A stretch of DNA of 63,717 nt, filler included, from Nitrospirae bacterium CG2_30_53_67 (GCA_001873285.1; 6 parts of 6 records of this genome joined end to end with filler, not necessarily neighbours in it); one strand, 5' to 3'. Counted from the first letter of the whole stretch, positions 1 to 10,537 are shown. A program made the numbers and translations. The notes: generated by a model not told the origin, from the letters alone.

Positions 1-1
1 C

Positions 2-583
2 GTATCCGGTTACGGAGATCCGTTTCCGGGGGATGCCGTTTTTCTTCAATATAAGGGCGATTTCCTTTGCCCTGAAGAAGGACAATTCCATGTTGTCCCT
101 GTATTCTGTTTCGGCAGATGACTTGATCGGCATATTGTCCGTATGCCCCTCGATCATCACATGATCATTAGGGGACGCCAGAATAACCGGGATCAATTTT
201 TTAACCGCATCCACCGTCTTATCGTCAATGACGACCTGGCCGGAACCGAACGACCCGCCGCCGAATACAGCTAAAACCTTAACCTCTTTTTCGGATCCTC
301 CGGCTTCCATCTTTGGGTGAGTCTCTTTATCCTGATGTGAGAGCTTCTCCTCCAACTCGGTGATGGTGGTATGCAGATCTTCAATCAGAGCCCGATTGAC
401 TGCCAGTTCTGTGGCAAACTGTCCTAACCTCTCTGCTGCTTCGGGCGGGAGGCCTTCCGCCTTCATTCCCTTCCAGACGTATAGATAACGGGTATCCCTG
501 TCAGACATTCCTAATGCCTTAAATGTGATGATACCTGACAAGGTAAAGAATAAAACAGAAATGCCAACGATCACGTTACGCAT
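2..583 (-). CDS. OmpA/MotB-like peptidoglycan-binding domain protein with N-terminal membrane anchor (runs off the window start)
   Basis: Manual translation (not in ORF track): MRNVIVGISVLFFTLSGIITF...HVMIEGHTDNMPI...DNMELSFFRAKEIALILKKNGIPRKRISVTGY, matching the OmpA/MotB C-terminal motif pattern. Confidence 0.8.
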   Translation of the reverse strand, partial: MRNVIVGISVLFFTLSGIITFKALGMSDRDTRYLYVWKGMKAEGLPPEAAERLGQFATELAVNRALIEDLHTTITELEEKLSHQDKETHPKMEAGGSEKEVKVLAVFGGGSFGSGQVVIDDKTVDAVKKLIPVILASPNDHVMIEGHTDNMPIKSSAETEYRDNMELSFFRAKEIALILKKNGIPRKRISVTGY

Positions 584-671
584 AGCATCTCAAAAGCATG
601 GGGGAAATCATTTTTTTACGATTTTTACGATGTTGAAGTTTAGCATCAGCCCATTCAAGAAGTCAATGCAC

Positions 672-705
672 AAAAAAATGCCCCGCCGCTGAAGGGGCAG
701 GGCAT
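672..705 (-). terminator. Intrinsic terminator downstream of tRNA-fMet
   Basis: Minus strand reads atgccctgccccttcagcggcggggcat followed by a T run. Confidence 0.7.
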
Positions 706-811
706 GAAAGGTTCCAATGGATCAACAGGGTCTATCCCTGCCGAAACATCAGCTTCAAACCGATCAGACCGATAAGACCTGAGCCGATTAAACACGAAAG
801 AGAATCTATTT

Positions 812-888
<77 letters not shown>

Positions 889-908
889 CCATGATTTTAA
901 GAGTTTAA

Positions 909-937
909 AATATAAAGAAATTATCCATTAAAGTCAA
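909..937 (-). promoter_or_regulatory. sigma70-type promoter of tRNA-fMet
   Basis: TTGACT-17 nt-TATATT on the minus strand just upstream of the tRNA. Confidence 0.65.
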
Positions 938-957
938 GGTATTTAAATCTTAAATTT

Positions 958-1247
958 GCTTCTTCTCCCATTTAGTGGGTAAAAAGGGGGCGAGGGTTCA
1001 AAGGGTCAAGGATTCAAGTGAAATACTTAAACGCAAGCAAAATCTCCAGCGAAAAACACTGGAACCCTTGAACCCAAGATGCCTTGGTGTAGTAGCTGTC
1101 ACAGAGGGCAATTATATAAAAAAGCGGGACACGCAAAGTGTAACCCTATGACCCTCGGTTTTTTATGTTTTCAGCACTTCACTTGACCCCTGGAATCCTT
1201 GACCCCTTGAACCCTTATGTTTTCACACACTCTTTTGGAGATGATCC
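958..1247. mobile_element. MITE-like repeat, copy A (nested insert at ~1073-1146)
   Basis: Ends gcttcttctcccatttagtgggt ... cactcttttggagatgatcc; shared core gtgaaatacttaaacgcaagcaaaatctcc found in the other full copies. Confidence 0.8.
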
Positions 1248-1254
1248 CAAAAAT

Positions 1255-1287
1255 AAATAAAGCCCCGACGGCATACCATCGGGGCTA
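1255..1287 (-). terminator. Terminator-like hairpin on the minus strand
   Basis: agccccgatggtatgccgtcggggct followed by ttatttattttt. Confidence 0.55.
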
Positions 1288-1453
1288 AGGGTTCATCTAG
1301 AAGATCACTCAGCCCATTGAACCCGTGAATAAGATACCCGACTGCGGAAACCTCGTCCATTCCCCTAAAGAGTTAAAAGTTAAATAATAACAACCATTTA
1401 GATTGCATAAGATACATACTTCGTGTTATGATAACAAAAAAAAGGAGGGACCT

Positions 1454-1849
1454 ATGGCCAATTTTAAGAAACTCCTGATCATGCTGCTCAACATGGATCT
1501 GGATAATACCCAGCAATTGTACACCCCTTTTTATCAGGCTGTTGCGGCCGCTTCGCTGAATTATGATGTCTCCATGGTCATCACCGCTGATGCCGGTCTG
1601 ATCTTGAAAAAGGGAGTGGCCGAAAAAATTTTTATTGAGCAGTCCTCCCATGGGGCTTCGGCAAGGGCACTCTATGAATTCATCCGGGACGCCCATAACG
1701 CAGGCGTGAAGATCTTTATCTGCAGCCCGAGTCTTGCCCACCATCAGATGACCCGAGATGATCTGATCCATGAATGCACCGACATCATCGGCAGCGCAAC
1801 CTATATCGAGATGGCCATGGATGAGGATACGCAGGTTCTGACCTATTAA
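1454..1849 (+). CDS. DsrE-family sulfur relay/peroxiredoxin-like protein
   Basis: RBS aaggagg before ATG 1454; pattern TPFYQAVAAASLNYDVSMV...GVKIFICSPSL; upstream promoter TTGCAT-18 nt-TATGAT. Confidence 0.7.
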   Translation: MANFKKLLIMLLNMDLDNTQQLYTPFYQAVAAASLNYDVSMVITADAGLILKKGVAEKIFIEQSSHGASARALYEFIRDAHNAGVKIFICSPSLAHHQMTRDDLIHECTDIIGSATYIEMAMDEDTQVLTY

Positions 1850-1940
1850 AGGAGAGGCATTCAAGGACTTCAAAGTTGAAGCTCTCCGCAACAAGCTGCG
1901 GGGAATCTTCGAATGATCAATCACTTCATCATTGTTTTTT

Positions 1941-4643
1941 TCACTTTTTCAAGGCCGCATGCGCAGCGGCTAATCTAGCGATGGGGACCCTGAAGGGTGA
2001 ACAGCTCACATAATCAAGGCCGATCCGGTGACAGAACTCCACGGACCGGGGATCACCGCCATGTTCACCGCATATCCCGATTTTCAGGTTCTTACGGATG
2101 CTCCTCCCCTTCTTCACGGCCATGGCCATGAGCTGACCCACGCCCTCCTGGTCCAGGGTCTGGAACGGATCAACCGGAAGGATCTTCTTCTCCAGATATT
2201 CCGGCAGGAAGGACCCGATGTCGTCCCTCGAAAAACCGAAGATGGTCTGACTCAGGTCATTGGTCCCGAATGAGAAGAACTCGGCTGCATCCGCGATCTT
2301 GTCGGCCACCAGGCAGGCCCTGGGAACCTCGATCATGGTGCCGATCTTGTAGGAGAATTTCCCCTTCTCTTTTTTGACCTCATTCGCGACCCTCTCCACA
2401 ATTTTACGCTGGTGGGCGAGCTCCGCAGGGATCCCCACCAGGGGGATCATCACCTCGGGATAGACCTTGCAGCCCTGCCGGGTGAGTTCAGCCGCCGCTT
2501 CGAAGATGGCCCTGGCCTGCATCTCGGTGACTTCAGGATAGGTGATGCCGAGGCGGCACCCCCGATGCCCCAGCATGGGGTTCATTTCATGGAGCTGGGC
2601 GATCCGGGCATTGAGCCTGTTTGTTGAGATGCCCAGCTCATCGGCCAGTTTCTGAACCTGTTTCTGGTCCATGCTCACAAATTCGTGGAGCGGCGGATCC
2701 AAGGTCCGGATGGTTACCGGCAGCCCCTTCATGGCCTTGAGAATGCCCATAAAATCCTGCCGCTGGTAAGGGAGGAGCTTCATGATGGCCTTGCGCCGGG
2801 CCTCAAAGGTTTCGGCCACAATCATCTCCCGGATGGCCTGGATCCTCTCAGGCCCGAAGAACATATGTTCGGTGCGGCAAAGGCCGATCCCCTCCGCCCC
2901 GAATGCCCGCGCCAGAGCCGCATCATCAGGGGAGTCGGCATTGGTCCGGACCCCGATCCTGCGCAATTGATCAGCCCAGCTCATCAAAGTTTTATAATAG
3001 GGGTTCTTTTCCGGATCCGCGGCAAGGAGAGCGATCTTCCCCATGTAGACCAGCCCCCTGGTGCCGTTCAGGGTGATCCAGTCCCCCTCTTTGAGCGTGG
3101 CGCCTCCCACGCAGAGTTCACGCCTTCCAGTCCGGATCTCCAGGGCGCCGCAACCTACGATGCAGCACTTGCCCCAGCCCCTGGCCACCAGGGCCGCATG
3201 GCTGGTCATCCCTCCCTTGGCCGTAAGGATGGCCTGTGCCGCGTGCATGCCGTGCACGTCCTCGGGAGAGGTTTCGTTCCGGACCAGGATCACATTCTTC
3301 CCTTGCTTTGCCCAGGCCTCGGCATCATCGGCCGTAAAGACGATCTGTCCGATGGCGCCGCCCGGACCCGCCGGCAGCCCCTTGGCCAGAGGCGTCATTT
3401 TCTTTTCAGCATCCGGATCCAGCATGGGATGGAGCAGTTCGTCGAGATGATTCGGCGACACCCGCAGGATGGCCTCCTGCCTGGTAATCAGCCTCTCCTT
3501 GACCATTTCCACGGCAATTCTGATAGCGGCGGCCCCGTTCCGTTTCCCCGACCGGGTCTGCAGCATCCAGAGTTTACTCTCTTCGATGGTGAACTCGATA
3601 TCCTGCATATCGCGGTAATGGGTATCGAGCTTTTTCTGGATTGACAGAAGCTGTTTGTAGACCTTGGGCATCTCCTCTTCGAGGGAAAGAAGGCCGCTGT
3701 CCCCTTTCTGTTTCTTATTGATGGGCTGCGGGGTTCGGATGCCGGCCACCACGTCTTCTCCCTGGGCATTCATGAGATATTCGCCGAAGAAGAATTTCTC
3801 CCCCGTAGCCGGGTTGCGTGTAAAGGCCACCCCGGTCCCGCTGCGGCTCCCGGTGTTCCCGAAGACCATGGACTGCACATTCACGGCCGTGCCCCATTCC
3901 TCCGGAATCCCCTCGATCTTCCGGTAGGAAACGGCCCGTTTCCCATTCCAGGATTGGAAGACCGCTCCGATCCCGCCCCAGAGCTGCTCGTAGGGATCAT
4001 CGGGAAAGTCCTTTTTCAAGACCGCTTTCACCTTTTTCTTGAAGAGATCCGCCAGATGCTTCAGATCCCCGGCGGTCAAGTCCGTATCAAACTGATATCC
4101 CTTCTGCCTCTTCAACTGATCCATTTCCTGTTCGAGCTGATGACGGATCCCATGCCCGTCAGCCGGTTCAATCCCGGCCGCCTTTTCCATGACCACGTCG
4201 GCATACATCATGATCAGCCGCCGGTAGGCATCGTAGACGAACCGTTCGTTCCGGCTGCGTTCGATCATGGCCGGGATGGTCTTGGACGTCAGGCCGACAT
4301 TGAGAACCGTCTCCATCATCCCGGGCATGGATTGCCTGGCCCCGGACCGGACCGAGACCAAAAGAGGCCTTTTCGGATCCCCGAATTCGGCGCCCATGGC
4401 CTTTTCCACCTTGGCCATGGCATGAGCCACCTGCTCCTTGAGGCCGGCAGGGTATTTGCGGCTGTTTTTATAGTACTCCGTGCATACATCCGTGGTGATG
4501 GTAAAACCCGCAGGCACGGGTATTCCCAATCTGCTCATCTCGGCCAGGCCGGCGCCCTTTCCGCCGAGGAGTTCCTTCCAGGTCCCCTTGCCGTCAGCCT
4601 TCCCGTTGGCAAACAGATAGACATACTTTTTCTTCTTGGACAT
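1941..4643 (-). CDS. ppdK: Pyruvate, phosphate dikinase
   Basis: LLGGKGAGLAEM, SVRSGARQSMPGMM, GGMTSHAALVAR (catalytic His), GLCRTEHMF, SFGTNDL. Confidence 0.98.
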   Translation of the reverse strand: MSKKKKYVYLFANGKADGKGTWKELLGGKGAGLAEMSRLGIPVPAGFTITTDVCTEYYKNSRKYPAGLKEQVAHAMAKVEKAMGAEFGDPKRPLLVSVRSGARQSMPGMMETVLNVGLTSKTIPAMIERSRNERFVYDAYRRLIMMYADVVMEKAAGIEPADGHGIRHQLEQEMDQLKRQKGYQFDTDLTAGDLKHLADLFKKKVKAVLKKDFPDDPYEQLWGGIGAVFQSWNGKRAVSYRKIEGIPEEWGTAVNVQSMVFGNTGSRSGTGVAFTRNPATGEKFFFGEYLMNAQGEDVVAGIRTPQPINKKQKGDSGLLSLEEEMPKVYKQLLSIQKKLDTHYRDMQDIEFTIEESKLWMLQTRSGKRNGAAAIRIAVEMVKERLITRQEAILRVSPNHLDELLHPMLDPDAEKKMTPLAKGLPAGPGGAIGQIVFTADDAEAWAKQGKNVILVRNETSPEDVHGMHAAQAILTAKGGMTSHAALVARGWGKCCIVGCGALEIRTGRRELCVGGATLKEGDWITLNGTRGLVYMGKIALLAADPEKNPYYKTLMSWADQLRRIGVRTNADSPDDAALARAFGAEGIGLCRTEHMFFGPERIQAIREMIVAETFEARRKAIMKLLPYQRQDFMGILKAMKGLPVTIRTLDPPLHEFVSMDQKQVQKLADELGISTNRLNARIAQLHEMNPMLGHRGCRLGITYPEVTEMQARAIFEAAAELTRQGCKVYPEVMIPLVGIPAELAHQRKIVERVANEVKKEKGKFSYKIGTMIEVPRACLVADKIADAAEFFSFGTNDLSQTIFGFSRDDIGSFLPEYLEKKILPVDPFQTLDQEGVGQLMAMAVKKGRSIRKNLKIGICGEHGGDPRSVEFCHRIGLDYVSCSPFRVPIARLAAAHAALKK

Positions 4644-4795
4644 CGAGTTCCTCCCCTATACAAGATATGTTGCTTTTCCCATCATGGTTTCCCCTGTTTG
4701 AAGTCGGATCTCATCAGATGGCCGGCAGGTGTGGTATCATCTGAGATCTGCACTATAAAACAAAACCGGGGCCAAGACAAGAAAAAATCAAGCGG

Positions 4796-6865
4796 TCATT
4801 CCACTACGATTTTTGAAAAATCGGCGATCCGTGAGACCATGGATGCAACGCGGGAGAGTAAAGCCAGGCGGTTATCGCGAATTTTCATGTCCTTGTCCAT
4901 GACCATCACCCCGTCAAAAAATGAATCGATGGCCTCCCGGAGGGAAGCGATCGTGGTCAAGGCTTCTCTATATTTTCCTTTCTGGATCAGATTCTTTACT
5001 TTCTTCTCGGTCTGCTGAACATCCTGGTAAAGCGACTTTTCGCTTTCGTGCTGGAGCAGCCCCTTCTCCACCGCACGGGTCTCGCTCCCTTTGATGATAT
5101 TCATGGCCCGCTTGCAGACCACGGTAAACGGTTCGAACATGGGTTCACCCCGGAATGCCGTTAGGGCATCTACCCTCGCCTTGGCATCAGGAAGGTGATC
5201 GAAACCCGCCTCCAGGACCGCTTCCACGGTATCGTACCGGTGGACGTCGGAGATGAGAAGACCCGAGAGCCTTCCCTTAAAATAATTCAGGATCGCCTTC
5301 CTGGTCCCTTCGAGATCCAAAGAGATATTCGGTCCGAGGAGCCGGAGCGCCTCGTCAATCATCTCCGAAAGGAGGACCGGATACCCTTTCTCCATCAGGA
5401 TGGCAAGAATGCCGAGGGTCTGCCGGCGAAGGGCATAAGGATCCTCGGACCCGGACGGGAGGAGTCCGATTCCGAAACACCCGGCGATGGTATCCATCTT
5501 ATCGGCCAGACTGATCAGGGCCCCCTCTTCGGACGAAGGGATGAGGTCGCCCGCAAAACGGGGGCGGTAGTGCTCGGACACGGCGAGGGCCGCCTGTTCC
5601 GATTCCCCGGAGAGGAGGGCATATTCACGTCCCATCTCTCCCTGCAGGGTGGGAAACTCCTTGACCATGGAAGTACAGAGATCGGCCTTGCATAACGATG
5701 CGGCCGTAGAGACCGGGACCGTATCCATGATTCCGATCTTTTTTGCCAGCCAGGCGGAAAGCGCGGCAATCCTCTCGGCCTTCTCAAACAGGGTCCCCAG
5801 CTTTTCCTGAAAGGTCACCCGTTTGAGATCCTCCACATAAGAGGAAAGCGGACGCCCGCAGTCGCTCTTGAAGAAGTAAAGGGCATCGGTCAACCTGGCA
5901 CGGAGGACCCGTTCGTTCCCGGAGATGATCATCCCCGCGTCCTTGGCCCGTGTATTGCTGACCGTGATGAAGTGCGGGAGGAGATCACCCGAGCTGCTCT
6001 CCAATGAAAAATACCTCTGGTGTTCCCGCATGGCGGTGATCAGGACCTGGCGGGGGAGCGAGAGGAAGCCGGGTTCAAAACTCCCGCAGAGCGCCGTGGG
6101 ATATTCGACCAGATAGATCACCTCTTCAAGGAGCTTTTCGTCCGGAATCACTCGCCCCCCCACTTCGCTCTCAATCTTCTGGATCTGTTTCAGGATCTCC
6201 TTCCTCCTATCTTCGGGGTCGAACATCAGAAAACGATCCTTGGAAGAGGCCTTGTAAGACTTGAAGCCGTGGACCGTACAAGAGCCAGGGCTCATGAAAC
6301 GATGCCCACGGGAGAGGTTCCCGCTCTTGATCCCGTCGAATTCAAAGGGGATCACCTCTTCATTGTACAGGGCGAGGATCCAGTGGATGGGCCTTGCAAA
6401 CCGAAGACTCCCGCTCCCCCAGCGCATGGACTTGGGAAAGTGGAGCGTGGTGATGATCTCGGGAAGGATCTTCTGCAAAACTTCCGGAGCGGGGAGACCG
6501 GGCTCTTTTTTTACGGCGCAAAGATATTCCCCCTTGGGCGTCTCCTGAATGGTCAGATCCTTGATGTCAACACCTTGGCCTCGCGCAAAGCCTACGGCCG
6601 CCTTAGTGGGGTTCCCCTCTGAGTCATAGGCCACCGACCGGGCAGGACCGAGGACCGTCAGGTTGAGATCCTCCTGCCGTTCGGGAAGCCCTTCTACATA
6701 AAGGATCAGTCTCCTGGGCGAGGCAAAGGTCAAAACCGAGCTGAAACCAAGGCGATGCTCCGTTAAAATCTTCTCGGTCAAGGTCTTCAATTCCGACATG
6801 GCCCCAGGTAAAAAGGCTGCGGGTATTTCCTCGGCGCCGATCTCCAGCAACAACTCCTTGCCCAT
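4796..6865 (-). CDS. glyS: Glycine-tRNA ligase beta subunit
   Basis: LLLEIGAEEIPA, FPKSMRWG, GSEDPYALRR; adjacent to glyQ. Confidence 0.97.
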   Translation of the reverse strand: MGKELLLEIGAEEIPAAFLPGAMSELKTLTEKILTEHRLGFSSVLTFASPRRLILYVEGLPERQEDLNLTVLGPARSVAYDSEGNPTKAAVGFARGQGVDIKDLTIQETPKGEYLCAVKKEPGLPAPEVLQKILPEIITTLHFPKSMRWGSGSLRFARPIHWILALYNEEVIPFEFDGIKSGNLSRGHRFMSPGSCTVHGFKSYKASSKDRFLMFDPEDRRKEILKQIQKIESEVGGRVIPDEKLLEEVIYLVEYPTALCGSFEPGFLSLPRQVLITAMREHQRYFSLESSSGDLLPHFITVSNTRAKDAGMIISGNERVLRARLTDALYFFKSDCGRPLSSYVEDLKRVTFQEKLGTLFEKAERIAALSAWLAKKIGIMDTVPVSTAASLCKADLCTSMVKEFPTLQGEMGREYALLSGESEQAALAVSEHYRPRFAGDLIPSSEEGALISLADKMDTIAGCFGIGLLPSGSEDPYALRRQTLGILAILMEKGYPVLLSEMIDEALRLLGPNISLDLEGTRKAILNYFKGRLSGLLISDVHRYDTVEAVLEAGFDHLPDAKARVDALTAFRGEPMFEPFTVVCKRAMNIIKGSETRAVEKGLLQHESEKSLYQDVQQTEKKVKNLIQKGKYREALTTIASLREAIDSFFDGVMVMDKDMKIRDNRLALLSRVASMVSRIADFSKIVVE

Positions 6866-6868
6866 GGC

Positions 6869-7798
6869 CTATAACCCCATATCCTCTTTTTTCGAAATCA
6901 TGTCCTGTTTCCTCTGATGAGGCTTCTGACGCTGCGGAAGAAGAGGGAACCCCTTTTCTTCACGCATGGCGAGATACCCTTTTGCACAGAGCCTGGCCAG
7001 GTTTCGAACCCTGGCGATGTAGCCGGTCCGTTCGGTCACGCTGATGGCGCCCCGGGCATCCAGCATGTTGAAGGCGTGCGAACACTTCAGACAATAATCA
7101 TAGGCGGGGAGAATCAGGCCTTCCTTGATGAGACGGTTCCCCTCCTTTTCAAAGATATCGAAGAGGTTAAAATGCATCCCGGAATCGGAGATCTCGAAGT
7201 TGTACCGGGAGAACTCAACCTCATCTTCATGGTGGATATCCCCATACGTGACCCCCTCCGCCCATTTCAGATCAAAGACATTGTCCACCTGCTGGAGGTA
7301 CATGGCCATCCGTTCCAGCCCGTAGGTGATCTCCACGGAAACCGGGGAAAGGTCGATCCCGCCCACCTGCTGGAAGTAGGTGAATTGCGTGATCTCCATG
7401 CCGTCGAGCCAGACCTCCCAGCCGAGGCCCCAAGCCCCCAGGGTCGGAGACTCCCAGTCGTCCTCGACAAAACGGATGTCATGCTGGAGGGGATCAACAC
7501 CAATCTCGACCAGGCTTCTGATATAGATATCCTGGATGTCCTTGGGTGAGGGCTTCATGATCACCTGGAACTGATAATAATGCTGCAGGCGGTTCGGGTT
7601 TTCTCCGTACCGGCCGTCCGTGGGTCTCCTTGAAGGTTCCACATAGGCGGCGTTCCAGGGTTCGGGACCCAGAACACGTAAAAATGTCGCAGGATTGAAG
7701 GTGCCGGCCCCGACTTCAATGTCATACCCCTGCTGGATGAGGCACCCCTTTTTCACCCAGTAATTCTGCAAGGACAGAATAAGTTCCTGAAATGTCAC
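6869..7798 (-). CDS. glyQ: Glycine-tRNA ligase alpha subunit
   Basis: [44 protein letters not shown]. Confidence 0.98.
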   Translation of the reverse strand: MTFQELILSLQNYWVKKGCLIQQGYDIEVGAGTFNPATFLRVLGPEPWNAAYVEPSRRPTDGRYGENPNRLQHYYQFQVIMKPSPKDIQDIYIRSLVEIGVDPLQHDIRFVEDDWESPTLGAWGLGWEVWLDGMEITQFTYFQQVGGIDLSPVSVEITYGLERMAMYLQQVDNVFDLKWAEGVTYGDIHHEDEVEFSRYNFEISDSGMHFNLFDIFEKEGNRLIKEGLILPAYDYCLKCSHAFNMLDARGAISVTERTGYIARVRNLARLCAKGYLAMREEKGFPLLPQRQKPHQRKQDMISKKEDMGL

Positions 7799-7838
7799 AA
7801 AAAACTCCGCTTTTAAGCTTAAGAAAAATAGGGGTCGT

Positions 7839-7867
7839 ATGTTAGCAAAGGAGGTTTATTTTGTCAA
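7839..7867 (-). promoter_or_regulatory. sigma70-type promoter for glyQS
   Basis: TTGACA-17 nt-TAACAT on the minus strand. Confidence 0.6.
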
Positions 7868-7940
7868 GAAAATCATCTTTGATTCAGCGATTCCGCAATC
7901 ACATCCAGGAAGGCAACAACAGTTGTTGTATTTTAAAAAC

Positions 7941-9488
7941 TTAACGGTCCGTACCGCCGAAATTCGCCTGGCAGTCGCCGTCACCGCCGTTGATGGTGAT
8001 GTCGGCATTCATGGCGGTATCGTAAGTCAAAGTCGAGACCACGGGAAGGCCGCAGGTGCCGTTGTTCGTGGTCCTCCGTTCAATAGTCTCACCCGGGTTC
8101 AACAAGATGACCGCCGTCGTGATCTCCGCGTTGTTATTGATGCGCCTGCACGCGCCGTCAATCCAGAAGTCTCTCCTTCCCCCCGTATTATTCCAGACCC
8201 GGTATCCGGCACAGCCGACATACGCGGAGGTCGAGCAGTTTCCGCTTCCGTAGGCATTGGTCACCGTCAGGGTAAACGAACTCAATGATGTCAAAGCAGC
8301 GGTGGTGCACGTTCCCGAGTTCGAGCTGACAAAGCTCGTGCAGGTGCCGCTCGAGGGCGCGAATACACCGTCCGCAGGACCGTTGGTGATGTTCCAGATC
8401 AGACTGGTCGTGCTGTTGTAATCCACGATGCCGGGGCTCGCGGTCAGGGTACAGGAGGGCGCACTTGGCGGATTGACCGTGACCGTGGCCGAACAATTAT
8501 TCGAGCCGTTCGTATTCGAAACCGTCAGGGTAAATGTCGTGGTTGCAACAAGGGCCGCCGTTGTGCACGTGCCGCCGTTGGAACTCGTGAAGTTTGAACA
8601 CCCACCGCTGACCGGAGCGAAGGCACCGTCCGCGGGACCGTTGGTGACGGCCCAGGTGAGGTCCGCGGTCTGTCCCGGGTTGATCGGCCCGGCCGGGCCC
8701 GTCAGGGTGCAGGTGGGCGCAGTCCCGCCGGAAGAAGCATTGACGCGCACAGAAAAACCTTTTGACGTGGTGGAACAGCTATCCGAAAGGACGGCTGCAA
8801 ACGGATAGTCCCCAGCCGATGCGCCCGGGGGACTCGCGCTGAGCACACCCGTGACCCCATCCACGCCCAACCATCCGGGATTGCCGGAGAGGCTCCAGGT
8901 GTAGGCATTCATGCCGCCGGTCCCGTTCAAGGTGGCAAAAATCGGAGCCGAAGCCCCCTCGGTTGTGGAGGGGAGATCCGAATTCGTGATCCTCAGGGTC
9001 TGGGGATAGACCAGGATGGAGAAATCCCTGACCGCCGTCTTTCCCTGGGCATCGGTCAGCGTGACATTAGTAATCCCTATGGTGTTGGAACAGGCGCCCA
9101 GCGTGCCGGAGGGGGTCGCGCTGGTATCAATGGTCCCGCTTATCGTGCCCGCAGTACTGAGCGAAAGGCCGCCGCTCCAGCTGATCGGTCCGGCCGGAGA
9201 CCATGGCTGATAAGGCAAGCATCCCCCATACCCCTCGATCTGGGCATTGTAGGCCGTATCCTCGGTCCCTTCAGGGAGCGTGGACGTCCGGATCGAAAGA
9301 GAGGAGCAGGAGAGTTCCTGCCTTAATCGGGAGAGATCCACATACTCGACGATGTCATCATACGTCGCGCCGTATTGCAGGATCTTAAACGTGGGCGCAG
9401 CGCCCGTCTCGTTCGCATGGTTTTCGCCCAAAGAAAGGATGACAAAGGCGGTTCCGGACTTGCAGCATGGATCGCCGGTCCCGCAGTC
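7941..9488 (-). CDS. Extracellular Ig-repeat protein (5' end lost at contig edge)
   Basis: Thr/Gly/Ser-rich; He_PIG-like units (LSIRTSTLPEGTEDTAYNAQIEGYGG; LRITNSDLPSTTEG) and two similar Cys-containing repeats (CTLT...TNGPADG.FAP..G.C..F.SSN.GTCTTAAL); frame open to the gap. Confidence 0.7.
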   Translation of the reverse strand, partial: DCGTGDPCCKSGTAFVILSLGENHANETGAAPTFKILQYGATYDDIVEYVDLSRLRQELSCSSLSIRTSTLPEGTEDTAYNAQIEGYGGCLPYQPWSPAGPISWSGGLSLSTAGTISGTIDTSATPSGTLGACSNTIGITNVTLTDAQGKTAVRDFSILVYPQTLRITNSDLPSTTEGASAPIFATLNGTGGMNAYTWSLSGNPGWLGVDGVTGVLSASPPGASAGDYPFAAVLSDSCSTTSKGFSVRVNASSGGTAPTCTLTGPAGPINPGQTADLTWAVTNGPADGAFAPVSGGCSNFTSSNGGTCTTAALVATTTFTLTVSNTNGSNNCSATVTVNPPSAPSCTLTASPGIVDYNSTTSLIWNITNGPADGVFAPSSGTCTSFVSSNSGTCTTAALTSLSSFTLTVTNAYGSGNCSTSAYVGCAGYRVWNNTGGRRDFWIDGACRRINNNAEITTAVILLNPGETIERRTTNNGTCGLPVVSTLTYDTAMNADITINGGDGDCQANFGGTDR

Positions 9489-9588
9489 NNNNNNNNNNNN
9501 NNNNNNNNNNNNNNNNNNNNNNNNNNNNNNNNTTAATTAATTAANNNNNNNNNNNNNNNNNNNNNNNNNNNNNNNNNNNNNNNNNNNN
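9489..9588. other. Artificial contig spacer (same spacer at 21119-21218, 30263-30362, 44875-44974, 55077-55176)
   Basis: N-run + TTAATTAATTAA (stops in all six frames) + N-run, 100 nt each. Confidence 0.97.
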
Positions 9589-9655
9589 TGATTCCCGCTC
9601 TTCCCACCGGGGAGAGGGGAATGAATCCAAATCGGGCGGCTGGTTTCGATCATGC

Positions 9656-10537
9656 TCATTCTTCTCGTCCGTCCTCATTCAGTATATGTAAAAGATAGCG
9701 GCCGTAGTCGTTTTGGGAGAGTGGGAGGGCAAGGCGCTCAAGCTGGCCGGCGGTGATATAGCCCATCCGGTAGGCGATCTCTTCCAGGCAGGCGATCTTC
9801 AAACCCTGGCGGGCCTCAATGGTCTTGATGAAGTTGGACGCCTCTTGTAAGGATTCATGCGTGCCGGTATCGAGCCAGGCCGTGCCCCGCCCCAAAATCT
9901 CGACGCTCAATTCGCCCTTCTCGAGGTAGACCCGATTCAGGTCCGTGATCTCGAGTTCGCCCCGGCCGGAAGGCACTAAATGTTCTGCAATCTCCACGAC
10001 GTGTTCATCATAGAAATAGATCCCCGTGACCGCGTAGTGGGAGGGCGGATCCTTGGGTTTCTCCTGAATACTGATCACTTTTCCGGATGGGTCGAATTTC
10101 ACAACGCCGTAACGTTCGGGGTCGTTGACCCAGTAGGCGAAGACGGTCGCGCCCAGGATTTTTTGAGCGCACCGTTGCAGCTTCTCGCTCAACCCTTGCC
10201 CGTAAAAGATATTGTCACCCAGGATCAGACAGCTCGGCCCCCCCTCGACGAATTCCCGGCCGATCATAAAGGCCTCTGCAAGGCCTCTCGGTTCAGGCTG
10301 TTCCGCATAACGGAGGGTGAGCCCCCACTGTTCACCGGCGCCGAGCAGATGTTGGAAGTTCGGGAGGTCGTGCGGCGTGGAGATGATCAGGATCTCCCTC
10401 AACCCTGCAAGCATGAGCGTGGAGAGCGGATAATAGATCATCGGCTTGTCGTAGACCGGAAGGAGCTGTTTGCTCACGACCCGTGTAATGGGGTAAAGTC
10501 GCGTGCCGGCGCCTCCTGCAAGGATGATTCCTTTCAT
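9656..10537 (-). CDS. rfbA: Glucose-1-phosphate thymidylyltransferase
   Basis: [40 protein letters not shown]. Confidence 0.96.
   Translation of the reverse strand: MKGIILAGGAGTRLYPITRVVSKQLLPVYDKPMIYYPLSTLMLAGLREILIISTPHDLPNFQHLLGAGEQWGLTLRYAEQPEPRGLAEAFMIGREFVEGGPSCLILGDNIFYGQGLSEKLQRCAQKILGATVFAYWVNDPERYGVVKFDPSGKVISIQEKPKDPPSHYAVTGIYFYDEHVVEIAEHLVPSGRGELEITDLNRVYLEKGELSVEILGRGTAWLDTGTHESLQEASNFIKTIEARQGLKIACLEEIAYRMGYITAGQLERLALPLSQNDYGRYLLHILNEDGREE

Noticed and set aside
2..583. Flagellar stator MotB
   Set aside because: No motA upstream and no conserved Asp-containing MotB transmembrane motif; called only as an OmpA/MotB-domain protein
1100..1160. gggacacgcaaag resembling a c-di-GMP-I riboswitch
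   Set aside because: The rest of the aptamer is missing, and the sequence belongs to the nested repeat also found at 26460-26580
1255..1372. 6S RNA
   Set aside because: Too short, and lacks the long closing stem with central bubble
2028..5018. Long antisense or overlapping ORFs here and throughout the track
   Set aside because: Shadow ORFs of GC-rich genes with no recognisable motifs
9489..9588. TTAATTAATTAA repeated five times within N runs
   Set aside because: Artificial contig linker; gene adjacency across it is not evidence
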